A stretch of 64,000 bases of DNA from the NCBI GenBank assembly GCA_965205025.1, contig CBDBFU010000009.1, forward strand, positions 32,001-96,000, written 5' to 3'. This DNA is from Candidatus Poribacteria bacterium (GTDB lineage Bacteria > Poribacteria > WGA-4E > WGA-3G). A program made the translations under genes and the position numbers. Position 1 is the first letter of the stretch; each line of letters begins with the position of its first letter. This document shows positions 10,806 through 19,015 of the stretch, in pieces. The notes below the pieces were generated by a model, which saw only the letters and a program-made list of their open reading frames with translations, was not told where the DNA came from and ran no database searches.

Positions 10806-11793
10806 TTGAACGAACATAACAAAGAACAGACTGAATCAGATGAGAATGTCCTACCACATCAACAATACGACATTGTAGGAAAAGAGCCTTTCTATACATA
10901 TCCTAAAGATATGCTACAATTTCTTATCAATAGAGAAGATTTTGAATTTATTGAACATGTTGATACCAATTTGACAACTGTTGAGGTCCGGCACATGGAC
11001 ATCTTGCTAAAGATTTTGTTAGATCAACAACCAGTATTAATTCACTGTGAAATCCAGACAAATGACAGTAGTTACCCAAATATGGTTCAACGGAACGTTG
11101 GATATCTCGGCAGATGTTATGAAAAATATGGACTCCCAATCTATTCTTATGTGCTTTATCTTCGATCAACCGCAGGAGTGAGAGATCCAGGAGGATATTT
11201 TCAAGATGTGCCGGGACACCGTTTCATTGTCGAATATCAGGTAATCCGATTGAGTGAGATTGATGGTGAAACAATTCTTCAAGCACAGCAACCAGGTTTA
11301 ATGCCTTTTACACCGCTGATGAAATCGCCAGTTGGTATGTCTGATGTTAATTGGACTACCCATTGTGCTGAGGTAACACACCAACTATCTATGGATGGAG
11401 AATCAAGGAATAATTTACTGGTAGAACTATGGATAATGAGTGGTTTAGTTCATGAACGACAACATCTGATGTCGTTAAATAAAGGAGAATATCATGGAAG
11501 ATTCTACTGTTTATCAAATGATTATTGAACGGGGTATTGAACAAGGTATTGAACAGGGTATTGAACAAGGTATTGAACAGGGTAAAAAATCTGGAGCAAA
11601 AGAAAGTACTATTGAGAGTATCATAGGAATTCTTGATAAACAATTCGAGATGGAGACTGCTCCTGTTTTGACACCTTTACTTCAACCAATCAACGATTTA
11701 CAACTACTTAGAAAACTGTTTAACGAAGCCTTAGAAGTAGAGCATTTAGAGCATTTTATACGATCTATACAAACGAATTCTAATGGTAAATAG
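10806..11793 (+). CDS. Rpn family (PD-(D/E)XK) recombination-promoting nuclease/putative transposase; +1 frameshift at ~11478
   Basis: RHMDILL...IHCEIQT, IYSYVLYL, YQVIRL, LMPFTPLM; C-terminal STVYQMIIERG(IEQG)4 typical of the family. Confidence 0.8.
11534..11583 (+). repeat. 12-bp coding repeat GGTATTGAACAR x4 (GIEQ)
   Basis: Visible directly. Confidence 0.85.
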
Positions 11794-11807
11794 ATAATAA
11801 TGTATAA

Positions 11808-11928
11808 CTAATACCATTTCTATTTAAATAGTTCACATTATGAATACTCTTAGTAGTCCCCCTGATAAGGGGATTTAGGGGGTTTCTTCAATTAGTAATG
11901 AGTAATCATCAATTAAAAATGGTATTAG
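11808..11928. mobile_element. ~120-bp MITE-like element with 12-bp terminal inverted repeats and an internal hairpin
   Basis: CTAATACCATTT...AAATGGTATTAG; internal TCCCC-CTGATAA-GGGGA; same ends at 17811-17932. Confidence 0.65.
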
Positions 11929-11940
11929 ATAGGAATTACC

Positions 11941-12017
11941 AAGCCTCGGAGAGGCGACAGGTGTGTAGAAGACGTTGCTACCCAAAACTACAAACCCCGG
12001 AGGGGTGACAGGTGTAT
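11941..12017 (+). repeat. REP-like hairpin doublet
   Basis: GCCTCGGAGAGGCGACAGGTGT and ACCCCGGAGGGGTGACAGGTGT, 51 bp apart. Confidence 0.75.
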
Positions 12018-12134
12018 CATAACATTTACTTCGAACTATCAACGATTTACAATGACTTAGAAAACTGTCTTCTAATTTAATAGATGTAATAATCAATATA
12101 TTGTATAACGAACATTAGACACAGAAAGAGAAAA

Positions 12135-13325
12135 ATGGCAAAACTTGAGTTAGCAGACATAGACGTATCAGGAAAACGGGTTCTCGTACGCGTAGACTTT
12201 AATGTTCCAATCAAAGAAGGGAAAATCTCTGACGAAACCCGTATTACTGCTGCATTACCTACTATATTAGATCTACTCCATAGAAATGCCAAAATTATCC
12301 TTATCACTCATTTGGGGAGACCAACAGTAGGATCAAACGAAGATAACAAAATCTTTTCAACTGAACCGATCGCCACAGCACTTAACCAAAAGCTTGGAAT
12401 ACGGATAAAGCATGTTGATGATTGCATCGGAGAATCTGTTCAAAACGCTGCTGATTCCTTAGATAATGGTGAGATATTACTCCTTGAGAATGTGCGATTC
12501 TATACTGAGGAAACAGAGAATGATCCCAATTTTGCAAAGCAACTCGCTTCACTTGCAGATGTATATGTAAATGATGCTTTCGGTACAGCTCATCGAGCAC
12601 ACGCATCAACAGAAGGGGTAACACACCATTTAAACACATGTGCTGCAGGATTACTCATGGCACGAGAAATTCATTATCTCAGCATGAGTATTGAAGATCC
12701 CGAACGTCCTTATGTCGCAATTCTTGGGGGTGCTAAAATCTCTGACAAAATTACACTAATTGAAAATCTACTGGATAAGGTTGATCATCTATTAATCGGT
12801 GGAGGGATGGCTTACACATTCCTCGCTGCTATGGGTATTTCAATTGGAAATTCACTTGTTGAGACTGAGAAACTTGACGTAGCAACATCACTTATTAAAA
12901 AGAAAGGATTTATTGATAAGGTTAGTCTTCCAATTGATCACATTCTCGGACAGGAATTTGATCCTGATACTGAATCCCGGGTTGTTGATGAGACGGCTAT
13001 TCCTGACGGATGGCAAGGTTTGGATATTGGTCCAAAAACTGTCGCTGCATTTGGTGATAGAATTAAAGCATCGAAAACAGTTGTATGGAACGGTCCCTTA
13101 GGTGTCTACGAGTTTGAAAAGTTTGCTAAAGGTACAATTGAAATTGCAAGACAAATAGCTGAGTCAGATACAATGAGCATTATTGGTGGAGGGGATTGTG
13201 TTGCAGCAATCCAACAAGCAGGTGTGGCAGACAGAATCACACATGTTTCCACAGGTGGTGGCGCATCACTGGAGTTCTTAGAAGGTAAACCCCTGCCCGG
13301 TATCACAGCATTAACTGATAAATAA
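12135..13325 (+). CDS. pgk: Phosphoglycerate kinase
   Basis: RVDFNVP, HLGRP, LLENVRF, NDAFGTAHRAHAS, STGGGASLEFLEG. Confidence 0.98.
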   Translation: MAKLELADIDVSGKRVLVRVDFNVPIKEGKISDETRITAALPTILDLLHRNAKIILITHLGRPTVGSNEDNKIFSTEPIATALNQKLGIRIKHVDDCIGESVQNAADSLDNGEILLLENVRFYTEETENDPNFAKQLASLADVYVNDAFGTAHRAHASTEGVTHHLNTCAAGLLMAREIHYLSMSIEDPERPYVAILGGAKISDKITLIENLLDKVDHLLIGGGMAYTFLAAMGISIGNSLVETEKLDVATSLIKKKGFIDKVSLPIDHILGQEFDPDTESRVVDETAIPDGWQGLDIGPKTVAAFGDRIKASKTVVWNGPLGVYEFEKFAKGTIEIARQIAESDTMSIIGGGDCVAAIQQAGVADRITHVSTGGGASLEFLEGKPLPGITALTDK

Positions 13326-13371
13326 CGAAACTAACAACTATTTACTATTTACTATAAACTAAAAACTAATT

Positions 13372-14808
13372 ATGTTTGATAAAATTACACCTCGCAGTGA
13401 AGATTACTCAAAATGGTATACACAAGTCATCCGTCAAACCGAAATGGCAGATTATGCACCGGTTCGTGGATGTATGGTTGTACGTCCGTATGGTTATTCC
13501 TTATGGGAAAACGTCAAAGAACAACTTGATATTCGGTTTAAAGCTACTGGACATCAAAACGCAGCATTTCCGCTTTTTATTCCCATGAGTTTCATAGAAA
13601 AAGAAGCAGAACACGTTGAAGGTTTTAAACCGGAACTCGCCGTTGTTACACATGGTGGCGGTAAAAAATTAGATGAACCACTCGTTGTACGTCCTACATC
13701 AGAAACCATTATCGGACACATGTATAGTCAATGGATACAATCCTACCGAGATCTCCCTGTCCTTATCAATCAATGGGCAAACGTAGTACGATGGGAACTA
13801 CGACCCCGTCTATTCCTCCGTACAATGGAGTTTTTCTGGCAGGAAGGTCATACTGCACACGCAACACATGAAGAAGCAGTAGAGGAAACCTTACGTATTC
13901 TGGATATTTACACCGATTTTGCTGTAAACGAAGCAGCAATACCGGTCATTCCGGGACGTAAAAGTGATAGTGAGAAGTTCCCCGGTGCACTAACCTCCTA
14001 TACAATTGAAGCAATGATGGGAGATAAACGTGCTTTGCAAGCAGGTACATCGCACGACCTCGGACAGAACTTCGCAAAAGTCTTTGATATTCAATACCTC
14101 GATGCAGAACAGAAACAACAACACTGTTGGACAACAAGTTGGGGTGTCAGCACCCGAATGATCGGTGCTATCATAATGGCACATGGGGATGACCAAGGAT
14201 TAGTTCTTCCCCCAAGACTCGCACCTACACAACTCGTAATCGTTCCTATTATACCAAAAAACAGTGAAGAAACAAAACAGATTGTCACTGAAACTGTCAA
14301 CGCTATATGTGAAACATTAGGAGATATACGATATTATGTAGACGATCGCTATGAACATTCTCCCGGTTGGCGATTCAATGAATGGGAACTAAAGGGTGTT
14401 CCGATTCGTATAGAGATAGGTCCTCGTGATATTGAAAACCAACAGGTCGTCTTTGCTCGTAGAGATATTCCTGGAAAAGAAGGGAAATCTTTCGTTCCGA
14501 TTGTAGATGTGGCAAAAACAGCAACACAATTGCTGGAAACAATTCAGTCTGACATGCTCAAACGCGCAACAGAATTCAGAGATGCAAACACTTTTGAACC
14601 TGAAAGCTATGATTCATTAAAAGAGATAGTTGAAATAGGCTTTGCACGGGCATGGTGGTGTGGAAACGTAGAATGCGAAGATAAAATCAAAGATGACACA
14701 CAAGCCACTATCCGATGTATCCCGACGGAGCAACCAGATTCCGATGGGGTCTGTATTGTCTGCAGTGCTGAATCAAAAGAACTAACAATCTTTGCGCGGG
14801 CATACTAA
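13372..14808 (+). CDS. proS: Proline--tRNA ligase, short archaeal/eukaryote-like type without an editing insertion
   Basis: RPTSET, QWANVVRWE, EFFWQEGHT, QAGTSHDLGQNF, C-terminal CxxC and FARAY. Confidence 0.97.
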   Translation: MFDKITPRSEDYSKWYTQVIRQTEMADYAPVRGCMVVRPYGYSLWENVKEQLDIRFKATGHQNAAFPLFIPMSFIEKEAEHVEGFKPELAVVTHGGGKKLDEPLVVRPTSETIIGHMYSQWIQSYRDLPVLINQWANVVRWELRPRLFLRTMEFFWQEGHTAHATHEEAVEETLRILDIYTDFAVNEAAIPVIPGRKSDSEKFPGALTSYTIEAMMGDKRALQAGTSHDLGQNFAKVFDIQYLDAEQKQQHCWTTSWGVSTRMIGAIIMAHGDDQGLVLPPRLAPTQLVIVPIIPKNSEETKQIVTETVNAICETLGDIRYYVDDRYEHSPGWRFNEWELKGVPIRIEIGPRDIENQQVVFARRDIPGKEGKSFVPIVDVAKTATQLLETIQSDMLKRATEFRDANTFEPESYDSLKEIVEIGFARAWWCGNVECEDKIKDDTQATIRCIPTEQPDSDGVCIVCSAESKELTIFARAY

Positions 14809-14910
14809 AGACTCTCTCAATTTTGAAATAGCAAAGATAAGGAAAATTAGAGAATTGATGGTTAATACATGCCTATATCTGCAAAAATATATGAAAGTTG
14901 GAGATGAAAA

Positions 14911-15327
14911 ATGAAATATTTTACAATTCTCACACTGTTATTTTTATTTGTAGCATCAACCGCACAAAGCGATCTTACACCAAAAGACCTTAAAAATATT
15001 CAAGAAATCGTCAAAGAAGCTATCACCGAATCTGAAAATAGAACTAAAGAATACGTTAATTTAAAATTTGATAGTCTTGAAAAAAGTGTTAACGAACGAT
15101 TTAATAGCGTTGATAAACGATTTGATAGCGTTGATAAACGATTTGATAGCGTTGATAAACGAATGACACACCAAGCAAATTTCACTTATGGACTCATGGC
15201 ACTTGTTGCTGTTGCAATAGATTTCCCCGCGTGGCGAAGCCAAAAAGACCGAACCCTTGAAAAACGGATAGAAGCACTCACGCAAGAAATTGAAATACTC
15301 AAAAAACAACGGATTCAATCCCCGTAA
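14911..15327 (+). CDS. Hypothetical protein with signal peptide, heptad DKRFDSV coiled-coil repeats and a TM segment
   Basis: GGAG RBS; 21-bp tandem repeat (TTTGATAGCGTTGATAAACGA) x3 at ~15100-15162. Confidence 0.75.
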   Translation: MKYFTILTLLFLFVASTAQSDLTPKDLKNIQEIVKEAITESENRTKEYVNLKFDSLEKSVNERFNSVDKRFDSVDKRFDSVDKRMTHQANFTYGLMALVAVAIDFPAWRSQKDRTLEKRIEALTQEIEILKKQRIQSP

Positions 15328-15409
15328 GAAAATAAACTTTTTTATTGCACAATAACGAGAATACAATTGAACTGAAAATTACGATGAATTCAAGGAAAAT
15401 GTTGATACA

Positions 15410-16063
15410 ATGAATTATGTCATCTGCGCAACACCCCGTACACGCAGTACTGTTATATGTGACTTGTTAGTTTCATCCAATGTAGCAGGCTATCCGAGAG
15501 AATACCACGAAGGACACGAATCGCTAAAAGACTTGGATATAACCGACCCAGCAACATATCAAAAATACGTATCCGTTTCCACTTCACCAAATGGAGTGTG
15601 TGGTATACAAGTCATGTCCACAGAAAAGCATATCGTTGAAAAGTTTATAGATTTTAAAAACGTAAAATGCCTCTGGATGCGCAGAGAGAACAAAATAAAA
15701 CAAGCCATCTCCCTTTTGAAAGCTCACAAACGTAATTGCTTTTATGAGACAGATACATCTCGGAAAAATGACGACCTCAATCAAATCAAAATTACGCGTG
15801 ATGAGATCGCATACAGCACATTTGAATTGACGGCACAGGATTTGTCATGGGAATCTTATTTTCAAGAAAACAAAATTATTCCCCTAACAATTTGGTACAA
15901 AGACTTAGAAACAGAAACACAGCAAAAAGACACCCTTAAGAAAGTCTTGGATTTTCTTGGTATCTACGACACGCCAAGTGAACCTAAAGTTTGGGTTACA
16001 CGTCAGGATGCAAAATGGGACCAGGACTTATATAACCAAACCGTGAATCCATATCAACAATGA
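15410..16063 (+). CDS. Stf0 family sulfotransferase
   Basis: YVICATPRTRS PAPS loop, GYPREY, RRENKIKQAIS, YKDL. Confidence 0.85.
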   Translation: MNYVICATPRTRSTVICDLLVSSNVAGYPREYHEGHESLKDLDITDPATYQKYVSVSTSPNGVCGIQVMSTEKHIVEKFIDFKNVKCLWMRRENKIKQAISLLKAHKRNCFYETDTSRKNDDLNQIKITRDEIAYSTFELTAQDLSWESYFQENKIIPLTIWYKDLETETQQKDTLKKVLDFLGIYDTPSEPKVWVTRQDAKWDQDLYNQTVNPYQQ

Positions 16064-16103
16064 AGGTTTATATGGATATCTTTCATCGGTTAAACCGTTC
16101 TTT

Positions 16104-16256
16104 AGTCCCATAGGGACGGAATGTCTATAGAAAAACTATTACACACATCTCTTGAGTCCCGGGGAATGCCTAAATGGCATTCATACCCGGGGAATGCTAA
16201 ATAGCATTCATACCGTTGATTCCTTGATTTAGTAGGGACGAAATGTTTATAGTATA
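16104..16256 (+). repeat. REP-like doublet with a nested palindromic insertion; second copy at 21256-21404
   Basis: AGTCCCATAGGGACGGAATGTCTATAGAAA, then AGTCCC[GGGGAATGCCTAAATGGCATTCATAC-like x2 + CGTTGATTCCTTGATTT]AGTAGGGACGAAATGTTTATAG. Confidence 0.85.
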
Positions 16257-16309
16257 AAATCCAAACTTCGTGAAAACAACAAATATAATTAGTTAACTGA
16301 CACAAGTCG

Positions 16310-16510
16310 TTATAGTTTGGATAGTTCTTATTCCTGAGGATGTTGAGTTTCTAATGATAAGTCTTTTTTGTGAGTTTAACATATCAGTGGAATCCTACAA
16401 GAATACTGTACTCCAGCGGAGTGCTATGTCTATAGAAAACATGATCGGTACATTCTCGCACTCCAGCGGAGTGCTATATGTCGATTCCTACAGACCGTTC
16501 CGCTGGAGCA
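16310..16510 (+). repeat. Left end of the MITE family seen at 24167, followed by REP-like hairpins
   Basis: TATAGTTTGGA...CTGAG.GATG resembles 24168-24195; ACTCCAGCGGAGTGCTA at ~16410 and ~16460; inverted partial copy at ~16495-16509. Confidence 0.65.
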
Positions 16511-16562
16511 ATGAGGGTTTCATTTTTATGTGTGGAGTCAGAATTTAGTACAGATGAAGTAA

Positions 16563-16832
16563 ACCGATTTCTTATACCATTTATACCATAAGGACGACTA
16601 CCCGATTTATGATCAACATGCTTTACTGGCTGTAGGAGAACCACAAGATGAAAGTGTTTGGGAGTCTTATGTCCAGCTTTGTCGTAAAGTTGCCAAAGAT
16701 AACAAAGTTGATATGAGAACCTTAGATCGCGCTTTGTACCGATTTGGTTATGTACTCTCTGTTCTGAATAATTTGGAGAACGACTTGGCATGCCTCGGTA
16801 TAAAGGTGAACGATATTGTAAATGGGTACTAA
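16563..16832 (+). pseudogene. 5'-truncated gene remnant resembling an HhH-type DNA glycosylase-like C-terminus; absent from the ORF track
   Basis: Open frame with no upstream start codon: FLYHLYHKDDYPIYDQHALLAVG...YVQLCRKVAKDNKVDMRTLDRALYRFG...GY*; TAA at 16560, just downstream of the REP cluster. Confidence 0.6.
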
Positions 16833-17103
16833 TAGATAACCACCACTTTTAACTGAATCGCAGAATTCCGATTTGAATATATTCAATCTAAAAGGAGTAG
16901 TAAATACTCTCCTAATTGGTTATTCAAAGATATCAACACTGGGTTATTATAGACTTGATTTGAAAAATTATATCGCACAAAAAACACATATAATCATAAT
17001 TATGTAGTGGGTTTAACGCAAGAATAAAAAACATTTGAACGAAAAAGTAATCATTTGGTAACTTTTTGAAAGTTGTAGGTTAGATTTATTTAGAGGAATA
17101 CAA

Positions 17104-17331
17104 ATGCCTATAAATTGGAGAGACCACATCGTTAGCACACCAGAAATATTACGGGGTAAACCGCGTATAAAAGGCACAAGGATTCCTGTAAGTCTCATTC
17201 TTAGTTACCTTGCAGCAGGATCTACCACAGACGAAATAATTGTTGAATTTCCTGATCTCAAAACGACACAGATACATGCTTGTCTTGATAATGAAAAAAT
17301 ATTGAAGAAAACCAAACCATTATACAACTAA
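17104..17331 (+). CDS. DUF433 family putative antitoxin; C-terminus possibly altered, no adjacent toxin
   Basis: IVSTPEILRGKPRIKGTRIPVSLILSYLAAG...EFPDL; GAGG RBS. Confidence 0.85.
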   Translation: MPINWRDHIVSTPEILRGKPRIKGTRIPVSLILSYLAAGSTTDEIIVEFPDLKTTQIHACLDNEKILKKTKPLYN

Positions 17332-17367
17332 ATATATTATGGAATAGTATCACACAAAATAATATTA

Positions 17368-17680
17368 AACTTGACACCTGTATTTTTATTGTGTTACTAT
17401 ATGTATTACAGGAAAAACATATCATGAAATTTTTGTTATAATACTTTCATAACTGTTATGAAACTTTCACAACAGTTATGAAAAGGAAATCGAAATCTCA
17501 TACCCCTACAAACCTATACCAGGACAGGGTTTAGAACAGTTCAAACAAGACCAGAGTATGAATTTTCTAAAAAAAATAAAAAAACTAACATTTTTTTAGG
17601 TATTTCTAAAAAACCCTTTCTGGGACTGACTTTAGAGCAGTTTAAAACAACTGGTTGAAAAAATTGTGTTGTGAAAATAC
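17368..17680 (+). repeat. ~300-bp non-coding element, copy 1 (copy 2 at 63609-63893)
   Basis: Shared blocks: TTGAC..TACTAT promoter, GTTATGAAACTTTCA.AACAGTTATGAAAAGGAAA, CCCTACAAACCTATACCA..ACAGGGTTTAGAACA, AAACCCTTTCTGGGACTGA.TTTAGA, TGTGTT.TGAAAATA. Confidence 0.85.
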
Positions 17681-17737
17681 TATTATGGGGTATCTCATAT
17701 TTTGATCGTTTCAACACAGTTTTTCTGACACTTTCCT

Positions 17738-17808
17738 CTCCCCAGAGGGGTGATATGTCTATAGAAAAAGGTATACCAACATCCTGCACTCCAGCGGAGT
17801 GCTATGTA
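17738..17808 (+). repeat. REP-like hairpin doublet
   Basis: CCCCAGAGGGGTGATATGTCTATAGAAA and GCACTCCAGCGGAGTGCTATGT. Confidence 0.75.
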
Positions 17809-17810
17809 AG

Positions 17811-17932
17811 TAATACCATTTCTGATAAATATTGTCTCTTTAAAATGTAGCACAAACTGTCAGTTTGTGCCGTGTTTCACCCCATACATAACAAAATTCT
17901 TGATGTGATAAACATTTTTAGAAATGGTATAA
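17811..17932. mobile_element. ~120-bp MITE-like element carrying a GTAG-type REP
   Basis: ATACCATTTCT...AGAAATGGTAT ends; internal GTAGCACAAACTGTCAGTTTGTGC (17847-17870). Confidence 0.65.
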
Positions 17933-18306
17933 ATAGGTGGTAACTTAGCTTAATATAATTTTTATGAGATACACTAAACAGAATTCACATCTTAAGAAAG
18001 AAGATAGAACAAAAAACAGGAAAATGAGAAATGACAATCCAAAATTTTCATAATAACACAATCAGATATAGAAAAAATAGCGAATGGCTTCAGTGGGCAG
18101 GAAATTCAGAAAAACCAGAAAAGAACACAAAAATCAAAATTCTAAAATTTCAAGAAAATTACCATAAACCCACTCTACTACAGGGATTAGAGCAATATTA
18201 CAAAGTTACACCATGTAACGAAAAGTGTAACTTTTTCATTTTACTCTCTTTCATTTTACTCTCTTTCAATTTACTAAAAAGTATCACATTAATACAGTTC
18301 CTCTTC

Positions 18307-18330
18307 GTAGGGACGGGGTTTTCCCGTCCG
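18307..18330 (+). repeat. GTAG-class REP hairpin; another at 22266-22289
   Basis: GTAG-GGACGGG-GTTTT-CCCGTCC; GTAGGA-GCGACC-TCCT-GGTCGC. Confidence 0.6.
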
Positions 18331-19015
18331 TATTTTCGATATATTATACATAGCAAATACAAAGAATCTTCCAAATCTATGATTTATAGGATATATTCGA
18401 ATATCTTGTCAAAATGGATTCAGAAGATATTTCACATTCATACGATCCCAATTCAATGGATTAAAAGAATAGGAAAAGACACAAATTTTGTCCCCACTTT
18501 ATAATTGGAACAAATTCTTGTAACCATAAAAAAGTGGCTTTAAATCCAGTGTAGTACTGACGGGAGAGAGGTTTTACCAATGTCACACCATGTGACAAAA
18601 AGTGTAACTTTTTTAAACGAATAAATAATAAATATATTACTATTGTGAACAGTAATAAATAGCAAATTTACAGAAGAATTACCCTTGGTTCAATATAATA
18701 CATGGCAAGGAACAAAGCACTCTCAATATAATGATATATGAGATATGACCTATAAACTATACACAAGTTGGAATTGACATAATAATTGCAAATTTTCAGA
18801 GTATTCAGAGTAAATCAGAAAAACCCAAAATGTAGAAAACAGCAAAGAAGCCATACTGTGACTGACTTCATAGGAATTAATAACTTTTCCCAGCAACATT
18901 TACTCTGAAAATTTCGCTGATACTTGGAAACAACTAAAAACTGTAAACTAAAAACTATATGATCCGTGATATTCATACCAAAAACTTTACATACCTAATA
19001 TAAGAAAGACTCAAC

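Noticed and set aside
16104-17808. Spaced palindromic repeats as a CRISPR array
   Set aside because: Only doublets with differing repeat sequences, no run of three or more identical repeats with unique spacers, and no cas genes in the window
18031-18504. 157-aa ORF in the AT-rich tract
   Set aside because: Low-complexity composition; runs through a REP, a 15-bp tandem repeat and palindromes; likely spurious
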